Positions 24,671 through 35,409 of a stretch of 64,000 nt of DNA are shown in pieces. The notes under the pieces were generated by a model, which did not search any database, was not told where the DNA came from, and was given only the letters and a program-made list of their open reading frames with translations. The first letter of the stretch is position 1, and each line of letters opens with the position of its first letter. Position numbers and translations under genes: made by a program. Source of the stretch: Rebecca billardiae RCC1528 (Eukaryota > Protista > Haptophyta); NCBI GenBank assembly GCA_965240325.2, contig OZ251255.1, positions 558,001 to 622,000 on the forward strand, in the 5' to 3' direction.

Positions 24671-26239
24671 ATATAATATAAATAAGTCAGATCATATGAT
24701 CGACATATATTAGGTGGGTCCCTGGCGATTTTCCAGCGGTCTTTTAAACATTTACCGGGTTTTCTGGCCTGATTTCTTTCGCGCGGGGCGCGGCTCGGGA
24801 AAATCGCCGGGCCGCCGGCCGAGGTCCGATCTGAACGCTCCCGACGATGTCGGAGCGCCTCTCCAGCGCGACCGAGCCGCCGTGTGTCGGGTAGACCACA
24901 GCCAACACCTATCGCGCGCTCCAGCGCTTTGCGCGTGCTCACGGATGGGATCCGTGGTCACACATCCCCCGCCTGGCACGTGCCCGCATGTTTGACTCTC
25001 GCCCGGCTAGACGCGTACAGACAACTTGAATCGATCGGCGGGTGTTCGACCCGTGCCTTCGAGCAGGGCCAGTTTTTGCCACATGCGGGTCAGGCGACGG
25101 GAGGCATGGGCCAGTGTCGTGCACTGGCATGCTCTTGACGCTCCCGCCATCTTGAGCAGCTCAACGCACCGTGAAGGTGACATTTGGGCTGTGCGCAAGC
25201 TGCTCGTGAGAACGCACGACAGCCAGCCCCGGGCTCTCGGGGAGCCATGTGAGCGATTGGCGACTTCCGAGAGGGCGTGTTTGGTGGGGGTTGGTACCAA
25301 TCATCGACCAGCAGGCCTAGGATGGGTGCACTGAGGACTTGGGATGCTGAGAAGCCGCCGCGATGTGCGGCGAGCACGCCGACTTGCCATCCGTGTGCAC
25401 GATCCAGCGCCAGGAAGATCAGCAGGGCCTTTGACAGCGGCAGCAGGCGCTCAGCGATCCTTCCCTATGCCGAGTGTGGGCATAGTATGCGGTGCTCGAG
25501 GGTGGTCGCAGGATATGGGTCCATTCTTGACAGAACGCGGTCGCGTTGACAGGCGCGGGTGCCACCCCACGCTGTTGCTCCTGCCATTGGGTGGTCCCAC
25601 TCGTTCCGCTTGTGGTCTGCGAAGACTCGTACTCAGCAAATCTACGGCTAGGCGTAGTAGACCCCTCAGACGCATGTCTGATGATTGCCCGGCACGTTCT
25701 CGTCGTCACGTTGGGTGTACTTGAGCGAGCGGAAGCCGCAACGTGATGGCTAGGCCAGCAGCTCAACCATCTGACGTCTCGCCGGCCAACTGGCTGAGTG
25801 CTCTCAGCCTAGCAGCAGCGTCGGTGAACCTATCGTATTGCTGCCTGGCGAGAAGATGGTAGGAGGCATCGTCGGCGGCATGGGCTGCAGCTGCGGTAGT
25901 CATGGACTGGTGGCGGCCTCACGCGGGTGGGCATACGACGACCGGTGACACGCGGAGTACGAGCACGGAAGCCGCCGAACGCGGCAAGCTCCGGCGGTGG
26001 CGTTGGCTGATAGTCCAGCCTCGACGGCGGAGGGCTCCCGTGTGACGACGGTGGCATGCTCGGTGGCAGGCGATGGTGTGTGCCTCGGCACGCAGCCCGC
26101 CACAAACACTGCCACTCGCAGGCAGTCCGGTTGCGGCCCGGGTTGCCTGTGTCCGCGTCGCTCGGCGCCTATTCGATGACCCAACAAACGTACCCACATA
26201 TCGGAACGAATTTGAATACATAGTGAACCGCATCCACGG

Positions 26240-26610
26240 TCAATATAAAGTGGGTAACACTCATACTATATACGGGTAAGTGGCTATATATGAAGTGGGT
26301 AATATGCTCGATCTTGCTGTAGTTTGTTGGAGGTATCAGCGCACAGCATAGAGCCCTACTCTTTGCTTCATAAAATGGTTCGGTCGGGTGTCAGCGGTTG
26401 TCAATAAGTAATTCCGATCGCATGTCGCCATCTAGCCACCATAACCATGAAGTAACGCTTCGCAAAATCTCTATGTGACACTACTGGCGCGGCGCGCGCG
26501 CGCTCGGCCGCGCGACGGCACGCGGAGTAGGTTTTGAGGTCGAAACTTTTGCTCCGCCCCGATGGGACGCATTTATAGCGTCGATTCTGGGTGAGAGACA
26601 AAATCTAGGA
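26240..26610 (-). repeat. Dispersed repeat X, diverged inverted homolog of 42450-42810
   Basis: Reverse complement shares aactac.gcaagatcga..atattaccca and gcaaaagtttcg.cct.aaaa...gcgcgcgcgccgcg...cacatagaga with the 42.5-42.8 kb region. Confidence 0.65.
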
Positions 26611-26812
26611 CGTCATTCTGAGTGCGCCAGAATATCGCCCCAGTTGGGAGGGACCCACCTACATATATCATCAGCGTCGCCGCGTCCCGGATTACTGTTA
26701 CTCGTCCGGCCTGTCCGGTCAGGACGACCGGTCGGCCGCTCGGGTGCAGCCAATAAGTACTATAAGTACTACTGCTCAAGTCATTAAATGATTTAATATA
26801 TATAGAGTAAAT

Positions 26813-27658
26813 GACCAGTTGCACGCGTGAGCGCCGAAAAAACGACACTTTGGCAGTGATAGTCACCGTCGCCGCCTCGGGCATGCCGCTGCCGCCGGCA
26901 GCAGCGGCAGCGGGAGCGTGGCAGTGGATCTACCACCTTCTGCGTTACACGCTGCGTCGTGCGCGCCAGGTGGCAGGTGTCCCCTGTCTGCCGCGCGGAA
27001 GGCAGCGGTCGGCGAGCGCAGAGGTGAGAAGGAAGGCGCGCACGCATCGTGAGAGCTTCAGCAGCTTGCCCACGCGCTTCACGTAGGCGGTGTTGTTGCG
27101 TGCGCACGCCTTCTGTACCCGCACACGCGATCGCAGCGTGAGCCACTCCAGCCTGCCTGCGCATCGCGGGCCGAGCCGCCGGCGCCTCGTCTCCTGAATC
27201 CTCATTCACGAGGACAGCACGTGTATGTATCCGTGGCGCGCTCGCTGCCGATGGCGGCTCCCCGTGTCGAGGGCGTTTGGCTGGAGCCGCATCCAGGGCA
27301 TATATCGTCACGGTCCCACCCGATGCTGACGCTGAGGTGGCGCGCTTGCCGAAGGCAGCAGCATTGGCTGATGCCTTCTGCATTGGCCACCTCTGCGCGA
27401 CCGCGCGTTCACGCTGCCGGCGCGCGGGCGGCGTCGCTTGGTGGGCACCTGCCTTGGGTTTTGTCGTTCGTTCTCAGCGACGGTTGGGTCGATTGACATG
27501 CCGATTGGATTGGGGCATTGCGAATCGGCTTCGCAATGCCCCATTCCGCTCGGATCGGCGCGGGCGTCAGCCATGCGGCAGCGCGAGTGACAAAACCGAC
27601 ATTTCATACGCATGTCGTTTTTTCATACGCTCACGGTTACTCACCCGTGCAACGGGTC
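26813..27658. mobile_element. Non-autonomous TIR element Y, copy A (GAC..GTC ends, 4-bp TSD AAAT; Sola-like by TSD length)
   Basis: AAAT|GACCAGTTGCACGCGTGAG ... CTCACCCGTGCAACGGGTC|AAAT; homologous throughout to 39697-40661 in inverted orientation. Confidence 0.88.
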
Positions 27659-28248
27659 AAATGTCGTCCGGACAAGTGATGCCGAGACAGCCCGATATCG
27701 AGTCGTGACTGCTGCTTGCTGAGTGCTGATGCTCGGGCGACGATGACGACGGATATTACACCCGGCGCGGGCGCGGGCCGGCTCACTTACACTCAGAGAG
27801 TATGATTTATATATATATATATGCTGGTCGATATCGGAATAAGTACTAAGTAGCCGCGCCTGCACGCCTTATGCGCGGCTCATAAGAGTCAGGGCCAGTC
27901 AGCCGCTCCGCCGCGAGGCGCGAGTGCCGGGCTCACTGGCACTCACTCTGAGGCGCGCGCATTATTCATCAGTCCGCGCCGGGCCGAGTCCTGCGGCGGC
28001 AGAGCACTCGGTCCCCGCGCGGTCGCTGCCGATTCGGCAGGCTCGGCCGCGCTCGGGTCGGCCGCAGGCCCCGGCGCGGAGAGTGGCACTCTGGTCTGAG
28101 TAGTGGTGACCCACCAGTATATATAAGGTGTAGTCGTAATGTCGGCGGTAGTCGGTGAGTAGGTGAGTAGTTGTCTACTAATAGTAGCAGCAGCAGGGAC
28201 GTCTAGTACTAAGTAGTAGCCGTCCGGCTCGCGCGCGCGCCTCCGGCC

Positions 28249-29616
28249 TCAGCGGCGCGGCTGCAGCGCGCGCTCCCACGCGCGGCGCGAGGCCGCCTCG
28301 ACCGCCGCGCGGCGCATCGGGTACTCCTGCAGCGCCTGCGCGTCGTCGAGGAGCTCGGGCTCGTCGAGGCAGTCGAAGATGAACTGCAGCGCCTTGCGCT
28401 CCACGCCCTGCGGCCGCGCGGCGCAGGGCGCGCGGCGGGCGGCGGGCGGCGGGCGGCGCATGATGCGCCCGTTCGCGCGCGCGTGCCCCCGGCACGCCAG
28501 CTCGGGGGTGGTGCGCGCGCGCCCCGGCCCTGCCCCCGCACCGTCAGCTCGGGGTGGTACACGCGCATCATCAGGATGTACCGCGTGTCCGGCGCGTCGT
28601 TGCGCGCCTCGTGCAGGATGGACGTGTCGAACAGCATCGCGCGGCCGTCCGCCCACGTGCGCGTGCCGTCGCCGACCGTGAGGTGGCACGCGTCCTTGGG
28701 CACGAGCACGCCTGCGCACCGCGGAGCCGCGCCGCGCGCGGGGGCGCGCGTGCGTCAGCGCGCGCGCCGCGCGCCCGCGAGGCGCACGCGCCGAGGTGGT
28801 GGAAAGAGGAGGGAGCGCGTGTGTGCGCGCGCGCGCGTGTGCGCGCGCGCGTGTGCGCGTGTGTGCGCGTGTGTGCGCGAGTGCGCGCGCGTCACCGAGG
28901 TGGGCGGTGAGCGCAAAGTTGCACATGTCGGAGTGCGGCCCGATGACGGTGTGCGGCGGCATCTTGGCGAAGAACGCCTCGACGAGCGGCACCTTCGCCT
29001 TGTGCAGCAGCTCGCACGTCCGCGGGAACAGCCCGGCGTTGGTCTCGTCCCAGACAGTCCGGTCGCACAGCGCGAGCGTCCGCCAGTCCTGCCCGTACGC
29101 GGACGCGGAGGTCTGGTTCTTCGCGCCGGCCCAGACGTTGTTCCCCGCGGCGGCGAGCGCGTCCTCGTCCGCCAGCGCCGCGCGCAGCTCGTCGCGCACC
29201 ACCTTCCACCCGGACTCGAGCTTCTTGGCCCACTTGTGCTTGGTCGCTGGCTCGTGCCAAGGCTTGGCGCTCAGACCGTCGATGAAGGAGGAGGCGCGCT
29301 GGAGCATGAGCGGGTGGTCGGCGAGGACGGCCTCGTGCTCCTCGCCCGCGTCGAGCCGCGCCCACGCGCGCCGCACGCGCGCCGTCGGCTCCGCGCCGAA
29401 GAGCGCAGAGGTCGCGGCGTCGACGCGCGCGGCGAACGCGCTCAGCGGCGGCGCGGCGGCCGGCGCGGCGCTGCCGGCGCTGCCGCCGGCGGTGGCGGTG
29501 GCGAACACGCGCGTGCGGTGGCGGAGCGACGGCGCGGGCGCGGCCGAGCGCGCGAGCCCCACGCGCGCGCTCGCGCCACACGCCGCGAGGAGGACGAGCG
29601 CGGCAGCGGCCCCCAT
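28249..29616 (-). CDS. Aspartyl/asparaginyl beta-hydroxylase-domain 2OG-Fe(II) dioxygenase with N-terminal targeting peptide; 3 exons
   Basis: Exons 29616-28896, 28711-28542, 28407-28249; FPRTCELL, FFAKMPPHTVIGPHSD..LTAHLG, WADGRAMLFDTSILHEARN, YHPEL. Confidence 0.92.
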   Translation of the reverse strand: MGAAAALVLLAACGASARVGLARSAAPAPSLRHRTRVFATATAGGSAGSAAPAAAPPLSAFAARVDAATSALFGAEPTARVRRAWARLDAGEEHEAVLADHPLMLQRASSFIDGLSAKPWHEPATKHKWAKKLESGWKVVRDELRAALADEDALAAAGNNVWAGAKNQTSASAYGQDWRTLALCDRTVWDETNAGLFPRTCELLHKAKVPLVEAFFAKMPPHTVIGPHSDMCNFALTAHLGDARALAHTRAHTRTRARAHARARTHALPPLSTTSARAPRGRAARALTHARPRARRGSAVRRRARAQGRVPPHGRRRHAHVGGRPRDAVRHVHPARGAQRRAGHAVHPDDARVPPRADGAGAGPGRARTTPELACRGHARANGRIMRRPPPAARRAPCAARPQGVERKALQFIFDCLDEPELLDDAQALQEYPMRRAAVEAASRRAWERALQPRR

Positions 29617-29710
29617 TGCTGCGAAGCGGCGAGCCCTCTCGTGCCGGCGCGTGAGACAGCGCGCTCGCTCTCGGCTCTCGGCGGCGTCCGAACACGCCGC
29701 GGCGCGCCGG

Positions 29711-30709
29711 ATGGCGGACATGCGCGAGCGGCGCGCGGCGGCGCTCGCCGGCGCGGCGTGCGGGCTGTGCACGGACGTGCTCACGCTCCCGTTCGACACG
29801 CTGCGCGCCAAGCTCAACTCGGGCGCCGCGTCGCACGGCGCGGCCGGCGCGGTGGCCGGCGCGGCCGGCGCGCGGCGCCGCGCGAGCGCGGCGCCCGGCC
29901 GCGCGCTGCGCGAGGTGGCCGCGCGCACGCTGCGCGCGGAGGGGCCGGCGGGGCTGTTCCGCGGCCTCTCGGCCGTCGTGCTCTTCGCGCCGCCCGCGTA
30001 CGCCCTCTACTTCGCCACGTACAAGACGGCCGCCGCGGCGGTCGAGGCGCGGTGCGGCGGCCGCGAGGCCACGCCTGCGGCCGCGTACTTTGGCGCGGGG
30101 CTCGCGGCGGAGCTCGCGGCGAACCTGGCGTACCTGCCGTACGACGTGACCAAGCAGCGCCTCCAGGTCGCCCCGCGCCGCGCACGCCCCGCCACCGCCC
30201 TGCCGCTCGCCGCTCACCTCGTGCGCACGCGCGGCGCGCGCGCGCTCTACCGCGGCGCGCTCGCGACGCTGGCGACGTACCTGCCGTTCTCCGGGCTGTA
30301 CTTTGCGACGTACGAGGGGCTGAAGGCGCGGCTGCTGCCCGCGGAGCGCGCCGGCGCCGCCGCGCCGCCGCCGAGCGCGGCGCGCGAGGCGTGCGCGCAC
30401 TTTAGCGCGGCCGTGTGCGCGGGCGCGGTCGGCGCGGCCGCCACGCAGCCGGTGGACGTGATCAAGACGCGGCTGCAGGTGGGCGGCGGCGCGCTGCACG
30501 CCGCCGGCGGCACCGGTGGACGCGCGCCCACCGGCCCGCGCGCGCCCACCATGCTCGCCACGCTGCGCGCCGCCGTCGTGCGCGAGGGCTGGGGCTCGCT
30601 GCTGCGCGGCACGTACGCGCGCGTGCTGAGCATTGCGCCGGGGTGCGGGCTGTCGATGATGCTCTTCGAGGCGGCGTTCGAGGGGCTGCACGGGCGCGCG
30701 GGGAGCTGA
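29711..30709 (+). CDS. Mitochondrial carrier family (SLC25) protein
   Basis: Three PxD/ExxK/R signatures: PFDTLR, PYDVTKQRLQ, PVDVIKTRLQ; also EGPAGLFRG and EGWGSLLRG. Confidence 0.92.
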   Translation: MADMRERRAAALAGAACGLCTDVLTLPFDTLRAKLNSGAASHGAAGAVAGAAGARRRASAAPGRALREVAARTLRAEGPAGLFRGLSAVVLFAPPAYALYFATYKTAAAAVEARCGGREATPAAAYFGAGLAAELAANLAYLPYDVTKQRLQVAPRRARPATALPLAAHLVRTRGARALYRGALATLATYLPFSGLYFATYEGLKARLLPAERAGAAAPPPSAAREACAHFSAAVCAGAVGAAATQPVDVIKTRLQVGGGALHAAGGTGGRAPTGPRAPTMLATLRAAVVREGWGSLLRGTYARVLSIAPGCGLSMMLFEAAFEGLHGRAGS

Positions 30710-30899
30710 GGAGCGGCGCGCGCGGCGTGGCCAGGGGCTGTTCCACGTCCACCGGGATTTCGTCAACAGCTCATGATCGAATCATGTAGTTGTAGCCGCG
30801 GGCCTTGCCCGAAGAACAATCCGAAACCGCCAAACGTGAGCAGCGGCTCGAGCACCGCGCAGGCGAGCAGCAGCAGCAGCAGCAGCAGCAGCCCGGCGA

Positions 30900-33212
30900 A
30901 TGATGAGCGCCCCCGACGAGGACGCCGAGACGCGCGCGACAAAGGAGGCGGCGCGCAAGGCGTGGATCGCGTTCTACCTGCGCGCGGGCGACCTGGACAA
31001 GGCGAATTCGCTCGGCTGGACCTACGACCGCATGGCCTCGCGGCTGCAGCGCCGGCTGCGCGCGCGCGTCGCCGCAGGCAGCCCAGTCGGCCCGCCGCTG
31101 CTCGTCTCGGTGCTCGAGGCGCGCGGCGTGGCGGGGCGGCCGTTCGCCGAGGGGGGCTACCGCGCGGACGCGGGCGACGGGGCCGCGCCGCCCTCCACAC
31201 GCGCGCTCCCCGGCCCGCGCCCGCAGTGGCTCGCCCAGCTGCGCGCGCACGCGTCGGGCGGCGCGGCGCACGTGCGCGTGCGCGTGCACCACGAGAGTCC
31301 GGGGCCGAAGGGCGGGTCGAAGCTGCTCGGCGTCGCGCTCGTCGAGGTGGACGCGGCGCTGCAGCGCGCGCGCGAGTGGGACGACGCCGACGCCGCCCGC
31401 GCCGCCGGCCACCTCCGCGCGCGCGCGCGCGACGACGCGGCCGCGGACGCGGCGGCCCTGCAGGCGGCGCGCGCCGAGGCGGCCGGCGCGGTGGAGGGCT
31501 CGCGCGCGCTGCCCGTCGCGCCGGCGGTGGGGCGCTGGGCGCCGCTGTACCCGGCGTGGTCGGGCGCGCGCGCCACCGCCGCCGCGACCACCGCCGCCAA
31601 GCTCGAGCGCGACTGGCCCCCGAAGGGCGCCGCCCCCCTGGGCTACGTCCGCGTCGCGCTGAGCGGCGCGGGCGCGGAGGGCGGCGGCGGCGGCGCGGGC
31701 GGCGGCGCGCTGCAGGGCGGCGGCGGCGGCGCGGGCGCGGGTGCGGAGGACGTGCGCGAGCGCCGGTTGCGCGCGGTGGACCCCGCCCTCGCGCGCGCGC
31801 CGCCGCCCTCCGCGCGCGCCGCCGCCGAGCACGACCCCGTGTCGCTGAGACTCGCCGTGCTGTGCGCGCGGGGGCTGCCGCGCGCGCCGCCGGCCTCGGA
31901 CGACGACGACGACGACGGCGACGGCGGTGGCGGCGACGGCGGCGCGGACAGGGCGCCGGACCCGTTCGTGACGCTCGCGGCGCCCGCCGGCCGCTTCGGC
32001 CGCACGCTCACCGTGTGGGACGCGCCGATCGACGCCCTTTGCGCGTGGGGCGCCGCGCTGCCGCTGCCTCGGCTCGCGCACGCCGCCGCGCACGCCGGCG
32101 CGCTGCTGTGTCTGCGGCTGCACGACCGCGGGCTGGACGGCGGCGCGCGCGCGGCGTACGTGGCGGCGCTGCGCGCGTGCGGGGGGCGCGCGCCGCCCGG
32201 CGGGATGCTCGACCAGGCCCAGCCGCTGCGCGGCGGCGTCAACCCCGCCGAGGCGGACGAGCTGCTCGGCTGCGCCGCGCTGCCGCTGCCGGCGGCTGTG
32301 CTGGACGGCCGCGCGGAGCTGTGCTGCTGGCTGCGGCTCTCGCCCGCGCCGGACGTGGCGGGCGCGGCGGAGGCGGGCGGGCGCGCGGACGAGGGCGAGG
32401 GCGGCGAGCTGCTCGTGCGGCTGCGCGCGCTCACCGACGCCGAGCTGCGCGCGGCCGACCTCGCCGCCGAGCCGCCCGCGCGGCTGGACCCGGACGACGC
32501 GGCCGCGCGCGCGCGCTGCGAGGCGGCGCGCGCGCTCAACGGTTGGACCGTCGACTCGGCCGAGCTCGCCGCCGCGCCGCCGGAGGTGGCGGAGGCGGAG
32601 GTGGAGGCGGAGGCGGAGGCGGAGGCGGTGGCGCACTCGCCGGGCGCCGAGCGCGCCGCGCGCGGGTACATCCAGCCCACGCTGCTCTGCGTGCTACGAC
32701 AGGTCGACAGCGACGACGACGACGACGACGAGGACGACGAGGACGACGGCGACGATGGCGATGGCGAGCGCGCGGCCGCGGACGCGGAGGGCGCTGCTGC
32801 TGCGGCGGCGGCCGCAGCCGCCGGGGGCGAGAGGGCGGCCGGCGGTGGCGCCAAGGGGAGGAAGGGCGGCGGCGGCACGAAGGGCGAGAAGGCGGCCGCC
32901 AACTCGGGCAAGCCCGCGGCGCGGAGGCAGGGCGGCGGCAAGGCCACCTCCAAGGCGCAGCCGCCACACAAGGAGCGGCGCGGCAGCAGCACCGGCGGCG
33001 GCCCCGCCGCCGGGAGCGCGCGCGCCATGAGCGTCAGCCTGCCGCCCGAGGGCTACGGGCCGAGCGGGCCGAGCGGCGCGCTGCGCGATGGCGACGCCGC
33101 GACGGCCGCCGCACTGCGCGCGAGCGGCCATCAGCGCGGCAGCCTCGACGCCGGTAGCAAGCCGCGGGCACCGGCTGCGGCCACGCGCGCGATCATCAAG
33201 CGCTCGGAGTGA
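30900..33212 (+). CDS. C2-domain-containing protein with IQ-like motif
   Basis: ASRLQRRLRAR (IQ-like); LLVSVLEARGV..KLLGVALV and LRLAVLCARGLP..APDPFVTL..DELLGCAAL (C2-like strands). Confidence 0.7.
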   Translation: MMSAPDEDAETRATKEAARKAWIAFYLRAGDLDKANSLGWTYDRMASRLQRRLRARVAAGSPVGPPLLVSVLEARGVAGRPFAEGGYRADAGDGAAPPSTRALPGPRPQWLAQLRAHASGGAAHVRVRVHHESPGPKGGSKLLGVALVEVDAALQRAREWDDADAARAAGHLRARARDDAAADAAALQAARAEAAGAVEGSRALPVAPAVGRWAPLYPAWSGARATAAATTAAKLERDWPPKGAAPLGYVRVALSGAGAEGGGGGAGGGALQGGGGGAGAGAEDVRERRLRAVDPALARAPPPSARAAAEHDPVSLRLAVLCARGLPRAPPASDDDDDDGDGGGGDGGADRAPDPFVTLAAPAGRFGRTLTVWDAPIDALCAWGAALPLPRLAHAAAHAGALLCLRLHDRGLDGGARAAYVAALRACGGRAPPGGMLDQAQPLRGGVNPAEADELLGCAALPLPAAVLDGRAELCCWLRLSPAPDVAGAAEAGGRADEGEGGELLVRLRALTDAELRAADLAAEPPARLDPDDAAARARCEAARALNGWTVDSAELAAAPPEVAEAEVEAEAEAEAVAHSPGAERAARGYIQPTLLCVLRQVDSDDDDDDEDDEDDGDDGDGERAAADAEGAAAAAAAAAAGGERAAGGGAKGRKGGGGTKGEKAAANSGKPAARRQGGGKATSKAQPPHKERRGSSTGGGPAAGSARAMSVSLPPEGYGPSGPSGALRDGDAATAAALRASGHQRGSLDAGSKPRAPAAATRAIIKRSE

Positions 33213-33620
33213 TCGGCCGAGTGACGAGTAGGTATAGTAAAGACGCGATCGCGTCAGTTAGCCCTCAGATCGACTCCCGGACCGCATGATGGCAACTGAC
33301 TGTGTGACTCAGACGCGGTCCGCCGGGGCCGGACGGCCAGCCGCATTACAAAATAATTTAGCATTGATGATGCTGCTGCAAGCCCGCGGTATAGTCGCTT
33401 CATCAGACTCCGAGTGAGACAGAGTAGTCTCACTCACTGCCTTCAGAGACGGTAGTATACCCGGGTAACTATCCGAAACTACGTACGTAGTACGCTTACG
33501 GCTGGCACGCCTCTTTGCTACGGTGGCCCACGGTGCGGTGAGTACGCCGTGCCCGCGGGCAGAGTGCCCGCGCACTCGCGGCGCCCCGCGACTATACTCT
33601 ATAGTACTGCGCGTTCGATC

Positions 33621-34874
33621 TTACCAGCAGAAGGCGATCCCAAACACAACCATGATGACCACCCCGCGCGGACTTGCGCTGACGGTGATGGACGACACGT
33701 GCGCGCAGAGCCGGCCGGCGGGCAGCCCGTGTCCGCGCTCGTACGCGCGCATGGCGGCGCATGCGCTGCTGCCCTGCCGCAGCTCGGCGCCGAGCTGCTC
33801 GCACGCGGGGCAGAAGCGTGCATCGGCGAGGGTGTGCTCGATCACGACGGGCGGAAGCGCGATCGCGGGCTGCACGTACGCCAGCACGGGGAGGCGCTCC
33901 GCGAGCCAGTGGTTGCTCTGCTCGTGCGCGTTGGTTGCGTCCTCGAGTGGCACGCCGCCCACGTGCACGGCCGAGCCGCGCGCGCACACGCGGGGCGCGC
34001 GGCTGTCAAAGTCGTCGCCGACGTAGACGCCGGTCAGCACGTTCTTGGTGAGCAGCGTGACCAGGTGCGGGTCGTTGCGCTCGCGGTCGAGCCGCGCGCG
34101 CTGCACGACACCTCGCACGACGTCCGCGCGCGCGAGCCCCGTCCGGCGCAGCCGGTCCGAATCGTCAAACTCGCGCGCGCCGGGCCAGCCGCGGAAGTAC
34201 TCGCGCTCGACGCCCGTGTCGACGTGCACGGCGCTGAGCGTGCGCTCGCCCTCGGCGACCTGCCTCGCAGCCAGGTGCTCCTGCACCTCGCACCACAGCG
34301 CCCGCCTCGCGCCCGCCAGCTCGGCGTCGGGCGCGCGCCGAGCCAGCCGGAACAGCTTGGCGTGCGCGAGGAGCACCTCGGCGCGCTGCTCGAGGCGCGC
34401 GTCGAGGCGCGTGCGCGAGTCCTCGGCGTACATCGGCCCGGCGTCGCGAACGGTGAGCGCGTTCGTCCGGTCGTCGAGCTCGACGACGGCCGTGACGTAG
34501 CTGATGCGGTTCGGCCGCAGATGCGAGCCCTCGAACGTGAGGTTGCGGCGGTCGGCGAGCGTGTCGGTGTGCAGGTTGATGCACACGTTCTCGACGGTCT
34601 CGGCGCACCACGCGAGCTCCGACGCCTCGGCGTAGACGTTGGCGCGGAGGTACGTCACCGTGCGCGGCCCGTGCCGCGCAAACGCCGCTGGCTTGCCCCT
34701 GAGCCAGGCGCGCACGTGCCCGAGCAGCCGCCGGTCGTGCCGCACGCCGGGCAGCCGGTCGTCCCTGAGCGCGCGCGCGACCGCCGCCATCTCGCAGAGG
34801 AGCGGGTCGCGGAAGGCCTCAAAGTAGGCGGCCGGCGGTTCCACTGCGCGTGGGGGCTTCGATGGCCGCGTCAT
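33621..34874 (-). CDS. Unrecognised intronless protein (417 aa), copy 2
   Basis: ATG at 34874 (MTRPSKPP); differs from copy 1 only at the N-terminus and a few residues (I/M, W/R, M/V). Confidence 0.8.
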   Translation of the reverse strand: MTRPSKPPRAVEPPAAYFEAFRDPLLCEMAAVARALRDDRLPGVRHDRRLLGHVRAWLRGKPAAFARHGPRTVTYLRANVYAEASELAWCAETVENVCINLHTDTLADRRNLTFEGSHLRPNRISYVTAVVELDDRTNALTVRDAGPMYAEDSRTRLDARLEQRAEVLLAHAKLFRLARRAPDAELAGARRALWCEVQEHLAARQVAEGERTLSAVHVDTGVEREYFRGWPGAREFDDSDRLRRTGLARADVVRGVVQRARLDRERNDPHLVTLLTKNVLTGVYVGDDFDSRAPRVCARGSAVHVGGVPLEDATNAHEQSNHWLAERLPVLAYVQPAIALPPVVIEHTLADARFCPACEQLGAELRQGSSACAAMRAYERGHGLPAGRLCAHVSSITVSASPRGVVIMVVFGIAFCW

Positions 34875-35037
34875 GGCCGCGTGGGTGTGTGTGTCTGTCC
34901 GCCAATGGAAAGGCCTCGAGCGCGTGTGGCGCGGCGGGGCTTGGCGGGGAAGTTGCTCGGTGTGGTTGTTGATGAGTATTTCATTATACTTCCCATCGAA
35001 CTCACAGAACCACAGAAGCAATCTCAGAAGCATATAC

Positions 35038-35069
<32 letters not shown>

Positions 35070-35409
35070 TAAGGACGTGGTATGCAACATATATATGTAT
35101 ATATACACACATATATATATACTTATGATGAGTGATAAGCTCATTCATTTACGACCGGAAGGCCACGGCCCTTCGGAAGGCTTCGGTTTTTTGGTGTGGA
35201 ACATTCACAATGAGTATTTGATACTGAGACATATTCAAGTCCAAAGCCGCTCGTGGTTGCAAATGGTTGCAAATGGTCGTAAATCTGTGCTCTCTACAGG
35301 TCGGGATTCACCACCAACGCCGACTCGTGTCGACGACTGGGCACTGCCGCCGAAGAATCAGGAGACCCGCGGGCGTCGTCCTACCTGTGTCGTTAAATGC
35401 CCTTGGTTA

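Noticed and set aside
35147-35284. Mini-MITE with ATTTACGACC inverted ends
   Set aside because: Only 10 bp of inverted repeat, no TSD and no second copy.
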